Assembly: GCA_002633005.1 (NCBI GenBank)
Contig: NMRA01000561.1
Location: 1 to 59,153 of the forward strand
Length of the DNA stretch: 59,153 bases
Source: Phoronis australis
Taxonomy: Eukaryota > Animalia > Phoronida
Direction: 5' to 3'
In this document: positions 27,201-39,100 of the stretch, piece after piece
Layout: each line of letters opens with the position of its first letter
Position numbering within the stretch: the first letter of the stretch is position 1
The notes under the pieces: generated by a model
Database searches by the model: none
Told to the model about the DNA's origin: nothing
Seen by the model: the letters and a program-made list of their open reading frames with translations, nothing else
Program-made: the position numbers and the translations under genes

Positions 27201-29070
27201 TACACCATTCGGCTGCCAGGATACGTTTAGGAAAAGACACAAATTGTTCCGGATGACCAAGTACATATCGGTATATGTCACTTGAACGACCAGCACAGCT
27301 GTCAGCCTCACTATCTTCGCTGTTTGTCGACTCCACTTCAAGTACTGTATGCACTTCTGGAACAAAAAAGTAGCAAGAATATAGATTAGCATACAATGAC
27401 ACTATTTTCTATAAATCTGCCATTTTGATCGCACCCCTCTTTTTGGCAGTTTTCATGGATGCATTTTCTAAGTTGGACTATACAAGATCATCATCTGAAC
27501 CTCTGTGCTCCAGTTTATTCAGGTGCTTGTAAGCCTAAGTTAATTTATGACAGGTGCAACTAAAAGTGACAGCTAATAGTTTTTTATTTTGAATTAATTT
27601 CTACAAAGAATATCTAATATGAAATAAACAAAAAACAGAAAACAAAGAAATTACTTTAATTTGTTCTTGTCGTGGACTAGGGGTGGCATTACCTGTGCAT
27701 GGAATGAGTCAGTTTTAGGGACATGAGACCAACTTGACACCGCAAAACTGCCTGCTAATTGTCAGGTGATATCTTCATTGGGTATTAGCTTCGTGGTACT
27801 GACGTGCTTTCAAGTTCAATGGTAGAATGGCTTGGCAGACCCAACACCTAAATTCTAGTATTTGGCAGAAACTCGTGTAAGTGTTGCATTCGCTCCCTTG
27901 ATCCCTTTCATTGAGTTGTAAAGGCGCTTGCCTCCAGGTTGCCACAGCTCATCACATATGTACCCAGGTAGTCATGGTAACCATCACATCAATTTCGAGG
28001 GATGGTGACACTGTCTAGCACTCAGGCCCATTACGAAAACCTTATCAGAGTGGAGCGGATATAACCGACGTAGAATTGTCGTGAGGACTTGAAGGGGACC
28101 TCAGGGGTCTCACGCTTCACTCATTTTATCTACACAGTATTTTGAAAAGGCTTTGCCCATGCAGTCACACTTTGTGTGTCAAAAAAGAGATAATGATACC
28201 TGCAGTTGACTCGGCAAGTGGAACTACTTTCGTTTATCACATTGTTGTAGACTCACAGTAGAACCGTGGTTTTCTGTAGGCACCAGAACTTCTGGGGTTG
28301 CACCATATGCCAACCAACTACGGACAGTCCCTCACAACGATTTAGCGTTTTGAAGTCAGAGCAGTTTACAGCTGGTTTTCTGTTTAGAAAGAGGAAACAC
28401 TGGGTATTTCAACACAGTGTCTGGGTTTAGTGATTGGCTCAAGTTACAAACCAAGCATAGGTCTGACAAGTAAATTCGCATGTATAATAGCCTAATATAT
28501 TCTTTGTTAAATGGCTTTCAGATTCGGTATTGAAAAAATTGGTGATCAATTCTTAGCAGTGTTAGAGTTCGTGAGGCTTCATTTTAGCAAGTCTGATTGT
28601 TATCACCTCCTGCTGGCCCCTTTGCCAAACCAGATCAGGCTGTTAGACTATGTTAGCCATTGTGATTGACTAATAGAATTACCAAGTTACGTGACCTCAT
28701 ATAATTATGAAAACAAAGTTAGTGTTCACCAGCTTACCTTCTTCACCAAAAGAAAGAAGTAAGAGCGTCCCTACCAAACGTATCTCTGTTGGGCCAGAAT
28801 GGCTTTCAGCGGGCTGATTAATAGACACACAGACTTCTCAAATTGTCCCCGAGCTGCAAGCAAGTCTGCGTAGATAGGCAGTACTTCCATAATCAATGCT
28901 TTGCCGTATCCCGTCGGCAATATACCGACCACATCGCCACCACTGGCACACACCTTTATACATCGGATTTCTTTCGGCTTAAGCCACTGTATCGGGGTTT
29001 TCTTGGTCTTATTCACTTCCACCACTACCCGTTTTAATAAGATTCAACTACTTAAATCCGTGGTCGCCAT
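24230..29070 (-). pseudogene. RecQ-like DEAH helicase (transposon-encoded), multi-exon, disrupted
   Basis: Exon remnants in order: 'LKPKEIRCI...DVVGILPTGYGKALI...LLISPLKAI' (motif I/Ia, ~28740-29070); 'YVLGHPEQF...VVVDEAHCIVSWGDKFGPKF...TATAT...STDRPNIKY' (~26940-27356); 'VAQFHAPLKPE' (~25925-26116); 'DLRLLFATEAFAMRVNIADV' (~25160-25295); and 'QQEGCAGRDGEPAEAILYY...CCDNC' (~24230-24715). GT-AG boundaries are visible, with stops and frameshifts. Confidence 0.85.
25745..25828. repeat. 30-bp tandem repeat (~2.7 copies)
   Basis: AAACTCCAAAAGAGTGCCATTTTTGATAAG repeated. Confidence 0.9.
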
Positions 29071-29867
29071 ACTTCGTTATTTGTAAACTGAAAGGGGTTT
29101 CCCAACTTTCAACCAATGGGAATGACTGAATGTTATGACGTCGGTTTCATTACTTTAACCAATGAGAGGCCATACTAAACAACATTCTACAGTGCTAACT
29201 TCGTTTAGCACTGTGATAGAGTGTAAGACATGTGGCAGCTCAGTGCTAACGTCCATGTTTATTGTCGGGTTACCACGCTTGATCTGGATAGTTTCCATGA
29301 TTTTGCTGAGAATAATCAGTCATAATCACCTTTGAATGAATCCGTTTCATCGGAGAACGACGAGATGGAATGGACAGAGTTGTCGACGAGCATTCATTTA
29401 CAACTGTCGTAAATATAGAAAGACGACGATGCTAAATGGAAAGAACAGGACTCAATACCCATATCACCAGCAACATAATCGCTGATTTCCGTAAAAAAAG
29501 CGTAAAGGTCCCTGTAGACTTACTTATTGAAAAAAAAATCATAAATTAACATGCTTTAGCCAGTGGATCAATATACATTAAAATATAGCGCTGTGAAAAT
29601 GTAGTAAATGTATCGAGTAATGTATTTCTGGACATCAAGAACAATATACACTCATTTTGTCACTTATTAAACGAAGTGAGTTTTTTAATATCATGGGTCT
29701 TTTGTGGTTTGAAAAATGTTGCTTTGTTGTTTTGTGGCGCTTGTGTAAATGAAACAAGAAACCTTAATAGCTGCACTGACATAAATGTTCAATATTGTAA
29801 CGCCGTTATCCATACGTTCTCGTGATTTGTTTTTTTAGTTTCCTGGCCGTGTCACTTCGTAATGTGG

Positions 29868-29914
29868 CCAATTCCACCATACGTCACAGAGAGCAGCACC
29901 CACTCAGTATATTA
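29868..29914 (+). promoter_or_regulatory. Candidate promoter of the bursicon-beta-like gene
   Basis: CCAAT (29868-72), CRE-like TACGTCA (29880-86) and TATA-like TATATTA (29908-14) lie upstream of a strong donor CAG|GTAAGT at 30124/30125. Motif inspection only. Confidence 0.35.
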
Positions 29915-30124
29915 GGCTCGCACAGAGCGACGTGTGAGACACGTGTGTCAATTTTCACCTAAGAATAACCTTTCTGACATCTGAGCTTTTTTAATCACCT
30001 CATATTTGCATTTAATGACTTCCTCCTATCTGTTTATCAATCACGCTTCATTCGATCTCTCTGCTTGAATTAGGGAAACGCATACGGTAATATTTTTGTA
30101 GTCTTCAGCTGTACACGAAAGCAG

Positions 30125-30230
30125 GTAAGTTTATCTCGGTCATGTCGACAAGACAGCATTGGGTTAAAGGTTGGTAGTTTTTCCCTGGAATCCAGGGACT
30201 TTATTCACAACATGATTGATGCCTTTTCAG
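30125..30230 (+). other. Predicted 5'-UTR intron (106 bp) of the bursicon-beta-like gene
   Basis: CAG|GTAAGT donor and GCCTTTTCAG| acceptor. The ORF-track ATG at 30212 would fall inside this intron. Confidence 0.6.
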
Positions 30231-30274
30231 CTCTGGAAGAGAATTATAAGCGGACGTTTTATGAAACGCATGCG

Positions 30275-30526
30275 ATGACTGACTTGTTCAAGATACCGAT
30301 CATTCTTCTCCTCGTGAGTCATGTCGTCCATTCGAGATATTCTACATCTGACGATTGTAGATCAGAAATCGAAACGTTAAACATGGAACAAGAAAGGACA
30401 GTTATTCAAGAAAATGGCATCTCCATTCATATCACGTGCAGCGGAAGTGTTGACGTCACCAAATGTGAAGGAACTTGCGTGTCCCGTGCAAAGCCAAGTG
30501 CTAAAAGATATCGACGATTTGAAAAG
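30275..30526 (+). CDS. pburs: Bursicon beta subunit-like (partner of bursicon), coding exon 1
   Basis: Signal-peptide-like MTDLFKIPIILLLVSHVVHS, then C...'TCSGSVDVTKCEGTCVSRAKPS..FEK', matching the bursicon-beta pattern (TCxGxxxVxKCEGxCxS). Ends at a phase-0 donor AAG|GTACAC. Confidence 0.88.
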
Positions 30527-31242
30527 GTACACACATATTCAATATGGGCAATATTCCGATTCTACGTGTCCGCATTTTGACAACCAGTTGATACCCATTA
30601 TTCAGTAAAAAAAGTGATTCTCAAAATGCGGGCACGTAATGTTAACTTGCGTAAGTTTAGTTTATTAGCAAACGTATTAAACTCACATGAGGTTATGGAA
30701 GATGGAATTTAAATTACACGAAGCTAAGATTTTTTGACTAAATTGACACAAATCCCGTTGTAAAAAACTGTTTCCTTCTCTAAATAATACCAGAAAATAA
30801 ATTATGAAAATTTGTCAGTGATGAACGAAATGTTCCTTTCGTGAACATGAATGCAACATTAGCAAAGAATATGTGAGCATGTTCCTCAATCTCTCTAAAA
30901 TTATCACCCTCACGTATCCACATATACACGCACACACAAACAATTGATTTCTGCTGGATATTATTCCATGTCTTTACAAACTTTGGGAACTACTAAAAAT
31001 TATGTGCTCTAGCAAGGAACGAAAAGTTCAGTAAGCTTTTAATATTCACGAGCCTTTTGACGTCTCGGATTTGAACTATTCACACAGTCACATTACATAC
31101 AAAGGTCTAAAATAAACACATTAATAGATTAGAGAGACGTGGCAACAAAGAAATTCTTTTCATGAGTAGAAGCAAACTCCCTCTACGATCATTTCATGTT
31201 AAAATTTTGCTTCCTACTCCATGGACTAGAACTGAAAATATA

Positions 31243-31512
31243 GCAATGATTACCCAACATGTCACGTTGGGATAAACAATGATTACCCAACATGTCACGT
31301 TGTGGATGAACAATGATTACCCAACATGTCACGTTGTGGATGAACAATGATTACCCAACATGTCACGTTGTGGATGAACAATGATTACCCAACATGTCAC
31401 GTTGTGGATGAACAATGATTACCCAACATGTCACGTTGTGGATGAAAAATGATTACCCAACATGTCACGTTATGGATGAACAATGATTACCCAACATGTC
31501 ACGTTGTGGATG
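31243..31512. repeat. 34-bp minisatellite (~8 copies) in the bursicon-beta intron
   Basis: Unit AACAATGATTACCCAACATGTCACGTTGTGGATG, head to tail with no spacers. Confidence 0.97.
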
Positions 31513-31550
31513 TACGACTAACCACACTGACAACTTAATTGGCCTTTCAG

Positions 31551-31700
31551 AACTGTAGGTGTTGCGCGGAAAGTCGGTTGGAGGACAAGGTAGCGACATT
31601 AGGAAACTGTCACCATGGAAATCAGCAAAGGCGAGATCTCGCGATAACTGTCCACTACAAACAACCAGCTGATTGCAGATGTGCGCATTGTTCAATGTAG
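31551..31700 (+). CDS. pburs: Bursicon beta subunit-like, coding exon 2 (absent from the ORF track)
   Basis: Acceptor GGCCTTTCAG|, then phase-0 NCRCCAESRLEDKVATLGNCHHGNQQRRDLAITVHYKQPADCRCAHCSM*. This supplies CxCC, the middle C and CxCxxC. The spliced protein is 133 aa with 11 Cys. Confidence 0.9.
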   Translation, partial: NCRCCAESRLEDKVATLGNCHHGNQQRRDLAITVHYKQPADCRCAHCSM

Positions 31701-32675
31701 AGCGATGATAGACAGCCGAACGTAACGAGTAAAACCAAAAAAATCGATGCTTATGTTCACGTTGTGTGGATCGACTTAAAATTACTTTTTTTCAGCGAAG
31801 ATCTGTTTGAAGTTGTATTGAGCGCAACATTGACAGGACAGACATCAACTTCAAAGTTATATAAAGAATGAAACGGTTTATCATGCCAACGATACACAGA
31901 TATGAACCGGTTGTGAGGGTAATATCAGCTCATGTAGACCGACGGAGAGCATTATTGCCCGCAAAGGTAATATTGCTATCCCCATGTCCGCATGGTTTGA
32001 TACGGGTAAATCTATATCTTGCTTTATCAAACGACCACTGATGTTACATTCCTTTAAATTTTCGTCTCTTAATAGCTTATTTTTGCCTACTTTGATGAAC
32101 TGACAAGGTTTATTGTTTCTACAGCGTCCGATTAGTCAGATCGCGAATAGCGACGTATATGAAGCGTTATATTCCACACTTCGTTGGCCAATATTTAGGC
32201 TTATACCATAACAGAGACGGATCACATCTATTGTGGCTCATGACTGATCATAGAGCTTATGTCGAGTAACTTTACAATAACGAAAACAGTGAACTAAAAC
32301 GTTCGACACTCGCCGTTGTGCGAAACGGGATATCCCAAGTTATTAGACATATTACCTAAATAGCGCTCAATACAACTCTAAAGTGCTCAAAATCACCAAG
32401 TTCATATCAAAAGCACCACAAACGTTCTACTGTCTAATTAGAACTTCCCCAAACACTATATGGTGATATGTTAATTAGTTGTTCTCGTGTAGCGAGAAAA
32501 AGAAAAGACTTAGCGAAACCGCCATAGAACCGCACACCCGCATGGAAATTTGTTTACTACTTATCCGAGGACAAAGGCTACAGGGTTGTCAATCAAATAG
32601 AATCTCCCGCCATGCAGGCACAGACCAGCTCCGTATGTACCCTCATTCCTTTCATTCACCGAGTCGCCATAGGCC

Positions 32676-33403
32676 TAATAGAGAGTTTCGCAAAGTGACG
32701 TGAGCGTGAATTTTGACGCACACTTAATTGCACGTACCTTTTCACGTTAAAATAACAAAAATGGGTTTTGCAACAGTTAGATTTTTACGTGAACGTGAAA
32801 GTAAAGGGAAACTGAATAACTGAGCTCAGGATATCCAGTTATCGTAGTACATATCCGCTACAGACATGTAAGTTAGAAATATATGTTGAAAGTAAAAAAG
32901 TCGTTTCTACGAACTCCTGAAAAAAAATGATCAACTCTTAGAATGCGAAATATATGTGCAGTTTGAAATGAATAGATGCGTGTGAATTAAGCATGCAAAC
33001 AATTTGACAACACAAAATCATATCTGTTAAAAATCAATTCTAGTTCGATGATATCCAGCGAACCCCTGCAGAATATAATAAGGATTTTGAACTGAAAAAG
33101 TGCTTTCTTGCAACTAAATTTTAAGAACGTATATCGACAAAAGAATCGTGTTCATTTTACACTGAAGCAAAGAAGGTTGAGAACCTTATCAAAATAAAAA
33201 GTGTTTCCGATGTCTTACCAAAAGGGAATTAAAAAGGGACACAGATTTCACTTTTAAGGCGACAAGAATCTCTCTGTATTCGCGTAAAATACTCATATAG
33301 TATCGGGATTACATCACAGCCAACAATGGCATTTGTAACGCGGAATTATAAATGCCTGGTAGGCCCTAATTCACGTTCGCGTCACTTTGCGAAGACTCTA
33401 TTA
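32676..33403. mobile_element. MITE with ~37-bp TIRs (PIF/Harbinger-like termini)
   Basis: TAATAGAGAGTTTCGCAAAGTGACGTGAGCGTGAATT ... AATTCACGTTCGCGTCACTTTGCGAAGACTCTATTA. Confidence 0.8.
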
Positions 33404-35796
33404 TCGCGTCAACGACGTGAACAAATGATCACAGGCGCTCGAATTTCCCAATGACTCAACCATACATAAGAAACATAAAGGTTGGACACTAAAACTTTAC
33501 CGAGCCGAGGCTCCCAACTTCAACTGTCCAAAATCCAAATAAAATCTGCGTGCACCTCCCTCGGTCTGGTATTGCATAAACCTTCGAAGCCTTGTCTTTC
33601 CTTGATCCCATTAACTGTCCTCGTGAGTGGTGAATTGGCGATGGAATTTCCAAAACAATCTCAAAACTCTGAATTCGAGGACCTAAAATAGTAAACATGG
33701 CGGATTTCAGTTGTGCTTAAACCTGTCGTAGGTGAAACTACGAGTTTGAGCAAGCAACCTATATTTCAAATTCAATAACTTTAATCAAAAACTTAACTAA
33801 TTGAAAATGTTAAAGTTAGTATTTTAATGATTATTTGTAATTTTATTCCATTGACAGCTCATTTTAGCCTTTAACTTAGAATTTTATTGCATACACTGGC
33901 GTATCTTGTTTCTCATCTTGACATCACGCACTTTTCTTGGTTGAAGCACAACACACACACTCGGCCAGGAAACGCAGTCCGTGCAAGTATTACAGTGCGC
34001 GTGGCCGACGATTTTACTCAATGGTTTTGGCCAAAAGTAAAACCTCCATAAAAAATCACAATACACAAAAAACTTCGCATATCAATACAGTATCAAGATA
34101 ATTTATATTTGACACAAATATCTGATTAGTTACATTTAATTGGCAATGATATTTTTAAAGTGCTCTTTGCTTCTCATGCCCAAGTAATCGAGGGATTGAC
34201 GACGACCGGCGCTCGAAAATAGCCTTTCGGATTTAGCTTGGGAGTGTCCGCCAAAACCCCGGATGTGCGAAGACCGTCTGCCATGACATCACGGAATAAG
34301 GTCCTTGAATTTGTGATTTTGGCATTCTTTTTGCATTTTTGTCGTCAAATCACCACTTAAAGGCAATTTGAAGAGATCAAATAAAAGAAGGTATTTAAAG
34401 ATTTGTTCGATGCTAGTTTCGCTGAGTTCCGTGCACATTTGAGTAGAAAATTCTGAGCAAACAGATTTTGAGTGTCCAACCTTTACGTTTTCTTAGTAGT
34501 GAGTGACGTCAGTCGTGATCGAGGAACAGATAAACTCAAGCGTCTGTGCAAATGATAGAAAGATGCCGGGGAAAACGAAGGCAAAACGTAACTTTGATCC
34601 TGAGAGAGTTGTGTGTCTGCATGCATACGACCTTTGAGAATAAATGCTACGAGTCGCCTGACGCATCTGTGATTTTGCAACGGTTCACGAACACGGCAAG
34701 TTGTGAAAAGAGATAAATCCTCACCCAAATTCCTTAATTCGGGTAATTTGACATTCACTGTTCGATCTTAAAACAGGCTCCAATTCTGTATCCATTTTGT
34801 ATTGGGTTTCATATCAGACTCTCAGCGTGTAGTGTCTAACAATGAACTGTTGACCTACTTTAAAGAGGACCACAAAGCACCAGCTTGACCCACTTAATAT
34901 GTTGGCTTCTCCTGTGACCTAGTTGGATTCTATACATCGGATATCGACTTGGTTTAAATTAAATGTTTTTGTGACAATTAAGTTGATTACACACCACGAA
35001 TTCATATGACACTGCGCTTGAATACTGAAATAATGAACGTGGCTAAGGGCTGTATAGGCTGTATTGACCGAAAGCAAATTTTCACTGAATAATGAACCGA
35101 AGACCTTGAGACTTTCACCTTTCACAATCTATTCGGCTTTTTTCTCGGCTTCGGCAAATCGACTTAATTTGAACTTATGAACACGAGTTCTCGAAAACTG
35201 CTCCGTGGACTTTGCTGAAACATTCCAAACGTAATATTTATTTGTCAATCTCAAAAACGCTTTTAGGATTTCTGATATAAAGGTCTAGTTTTTGCATAAT
35301 GTAACAAAGACGAAAACGATTGCTATTTTTTACAAAAATACCTTACGTTTTGCGAGTTGATTTGTCGTAGAAACCAAACGAAAAGACTAATCGAAAATTC
35401 ATCGTTTTTGAGGCAACTGGTAAAGTTTTCATTTAGAAAAAGTTTCATTAAAATCGACCGAAGGGTTATTTTGCTATGAATGCACCTTTCTTAAAATGAA
35501 AATTTGACTTAAAAAGGTGTTAACGTAATAATAATAATAACGGTATAAAAATATATTTTTACATTTCCTGATCTTTTTTCTTTCAGAAAATGTATACTTT
35601 TACTAATTGACAAAACCTAGTTTTTTGATAAACGAGTTAGAATGGATGCAACTAAAAACATTTGAGATAATCTTAATTGTGTTTGTGTTGCAACACACAT
35701 ACATAACGTCTCACTCACATCACTACGTGCAGCGATCAATTTTTATTGGGCCATTCAGGAATGCTCGCAACGTCAATTAATTAAATTAATTTTTAC

Positions 35797-36150
35797 ACAC
35801 TGTTCAGTTGCATGCATTTGCTCAAATAATGAACGAGTCCTGAGTTATTATAGGTTTAGACCATTCGTGTATATTTATTAAGAATTATATAAGAATAGCT
35901 CCATATTTTTTTAGTATACAAGCAGTTTGTTTTTGACATCATGGAGATTGCATATACTCAACAGGGGGCGTTCGGAACATGACAAAGTAACTTTTATATA
36001 CTGTTCACTTGCATACTCGTGTTCAAATATAACAAATGAGTTCTGAATTATTAAAGATTTAGATCATACACCTACATTTTTGAGAATTATTGTCTTGACG
36101 CATGACCACATAAATGTTTATCGTACAAGCGGTTTGTTTCTCACATCATG
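35797..36150. repeat. Degenerate ~200-bp tandem duplication
   Basis: ACTGTTCA(G/C)TTGCAT...GGTTTAGA/GATTTAGA...TACAAGC(A/G)GTTTGTTT...ACATCATG occurs twice. Confidence 0.7.
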
Positions 36151-39100
36151 ATAACAAGATTAAATATTAATACCATTAAACAACTTTTTAACAGTATCTA
36201 TCGAGCCCTCTCTAACAACAATGTGTTGTAAAGCTAACCAATGACTGCTGAAGTTACATCAACCAATGCTAAAGCGCGCGCCACTGCGTGATACCTGCGT
36301 GCTGGCTAAGCACGTAGGGTACCAGCGAGCAGCAGTATGAGTAGGTGTAGAACTGTTCATCTCTCAGAATATTTTCAGAAGTAATGTTCAAACCCTACAC
36401 AGCAGATACATAATCGTAAACTGGTGACACACAAGAATAAACAAAAAAGAAACCTATTTTTTATGATTGAGAAACAATGAATATTTCTCCCCAACTCTCA
36501 TCCAGAATAAATCTGCAGTTTTCCAACCACGTGCCCAAAATATAATTGCGAGTGATAGCGAAGCAGCGAGGTCGCAACACGCACACGAAATAGGTTACGG
36601 TAACGCCTCTAGCGCCATCCATTAGACGGTGACGCAGATCAGGTTTCTCGAGTCTATTTTCTCTAAATTTGATACAAGTTACTCGGTGCTTTCGACTGAT
36701 TCAAGATTGAGGTCGATGAGAATAGAAATAATGTTACCCAGTTTTTGTCTGGAAACATCAGCGCTTTTGATCCTGATGACATGACATGCATTTCGCCTTG
36801 GATTAGTACCTCACACGGAGTACCTAGGGGAGGGTTTACAGGCTAAGTTTTTTGGAGTAGGGCACCAGAGCAATACACAGCTGTGTGAGTGCACGCTTGA
36901 TACAAACAGAGGAAGATTTTGAAGCTATTAACAGTGTGACGTGAGGTTTGTGCGCTTTTGTTATTTTTTTCTGCTTTGTGGCACGTTTTGTTATTTTTCG
37001 ACTGTGCGAATACAGTTAAAAATACGAAATAGTTTCCAAGGTTAGTTTTCCACGAGCTAATACTGTTTGATGATTAAGACTGTATTTAATTGCCACTAAG
37101 ACCACACAATAGGAACGTTTCAATCTGTCCAAACGGTTAAAATACAAGACATTCTACTAGAATTAGCAACATTGAGTGAGTTGGTGAGTAGACCCATGTC
37201 AACCCAACGTTTAGTGACCCGGAATAATTGATTAAGCTGCTGCACCCGTATGACCACGAATGCCGCTTTTATAAAAGAACGAGGTTGGCCATGATGGGTA
37301 CAATGCGTGCATGTCTGGTTCTCTTCTGCAGGGTAGGTGGTACATGTACAGAAGGTCTGCCTGCTATCGTTAGACGACATGCTCCGTCTTCGTGGCAGCA
37401 ATTATTTCGGAGTGCCCTTCTCCTAGACTGGTTGTCTGATGAGCCAAGTCTGCTGAGGTTTTAATGCCAGAGTTGTTCTTCTCGTAGGTGACAGGAACGA
37501 TGTTTTTACGGGGTCATTACGTACCATTCTCCAGGAATGTAAAAAATCAAGAGAATTCTCGATCTAATCTAGAATCACGCTCGATTAAACTGGTCAAGCA
37601 CGGCTTTTGTGTTGGTAGAAATTACTGTAGTTAAGCTGGTCACAGCTTATAGTCACACCGTGTGAAAGTTTTTTTTAAAAATGTTTATTATGAAATATTC
37701 AGTACAATAAATATACATACCCAGAAAGCGCCAAGAGACATTGTATCTGGGTTAAATACATACAAAGAAATCTATATACAATTATACATCAATTGAAAAG
37801 ACTGATATTAAGATTACAATGACATATGATAATAAATGTAAATAAATCATTTCCATACACAATAAGTTATTTCACATATTTTCAATTGTGTCGACTCGCA
37901 CAAAGAGATTTAATATTAAAAAGAAATTTTGATACTATTTCGAATAAAACCTTATTTTCACTTAGGTCGAGTTCTTTACATCCATTTAGAAAAAAATTAA
38001 TTTTGTTATACGTTTGAGGAATATCTGAATATTTTTGTAAACTTCTGGGTATTGTTCAAGTGCCTGGAAAAGCTGTACCCTTTGCTCCCTCATACAGCAC
38101 AAGCAAAGAAAAATGAGCATTTGTCTAAGTGTCTCCACAGGAACACATAGGTGAAAAATTATTAAAATTATGTCTAAATTTGTTGTTGTTTAGAAATAGT
38201 CCGCATTTTGATCTGTGTAGGATTATTTCAAGGCTCCGAGGAAGTAGGAATCATGTCAACAGGACAGTTGAAAGTTAAGTCTAATTTCTCTGCAAGTCAA
38301 CCGTTTTTCTCCGTTTTTTGGTGAAAGAATTCCATCAAAGCACATCTGCGTCACGTCATTTGTTAAAAGTCGTTCGCAAATAGTATTTTTAAATATCGGC
38401 CAGGTCAGGTGCACTGTTTACAACATAATTGCTGGATTACGTGGGCGGATCAGATGACAGCAGACAATAAGAGAGCTGGACTATGTAAACATTGGTTTGC
38501 CATTGTCAAACTTAAACAACACGGCTGTATCCCGAATGGCCGATCATTCAATCGGCATACTCATTCCACAGCGCCTGTGCATAACGTAAGAGAGTTGGCT
38601 TTACGCGCAACCCTAAGAGTGTTTGAGGAGCAGACCGTCTGATCTCTTTTTAAACTCCCGCCGGTAAAGCTCTAGAGGTCACGGAGATACGCAAGCAGGT
38701 CCTTTGTGACCTAGCATTAGCCTGTGCTATCTTACTGATATCTACTTAGAGTTATATCCCAACGCATTATGAGTGGAAAGCGGCATGGCATTAGGCTAAA
38801 AATAGTATAGTTGGTTCTGGTGCAGTGTTTTAGTTTGGATTTCTAAAAAAAAAACACCGGACCGTGGCTGAAATTGGCATGGGCATGCACTTTCTGTTTG
38901 TTTTTTAGTCTTTGACCGCTGGTCTTAAAATGAGTGGGGATACAGACCAGAATCAACTATGCTTTTTTAACTTAATCTTGCAATCTCGAGGACGAAAAGC
39001 AATGCCGAGTCACCATTTTGATACCTGTGCTTCATATCTGCCGCTTACCTTACTCGTCTTTCTCAACTTCATTTCAAAATAGTTCTTTGCTTTAACTGTT

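Larger units (their letters stand above)
16115..29070. mobile_element. AcademH-type DNA transposon relic (Academ transposase plus convergent RecQ-like helicase); outer termini not identified
   Basis: A + strand Academ/DUF6589-type transposase and a - strand superfamily-II RecQ-like helicase face each other. This two-gene content is the established AcademH organisation. Confidence 0.8.

Noticed and set aside
27780-28420. SINE- or tRNA-like insertion in a helicase intron
   Set aside because: No clear A/B boxes, cloverleaf, TSD or second copy in the window.
24230-29070. Host RecQ/WRN/BLM gene
   Set aside because: It has multiple stops and frameshifts, a compact helicase-only architecture, and is paired with an Academ transposase.
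30212-30274. ORF-track start ATG for the beta gene
   Set aside because: It lies inside a predicted intron (30125-30230). The ATG at 30275 directly precedes the signal peptide.
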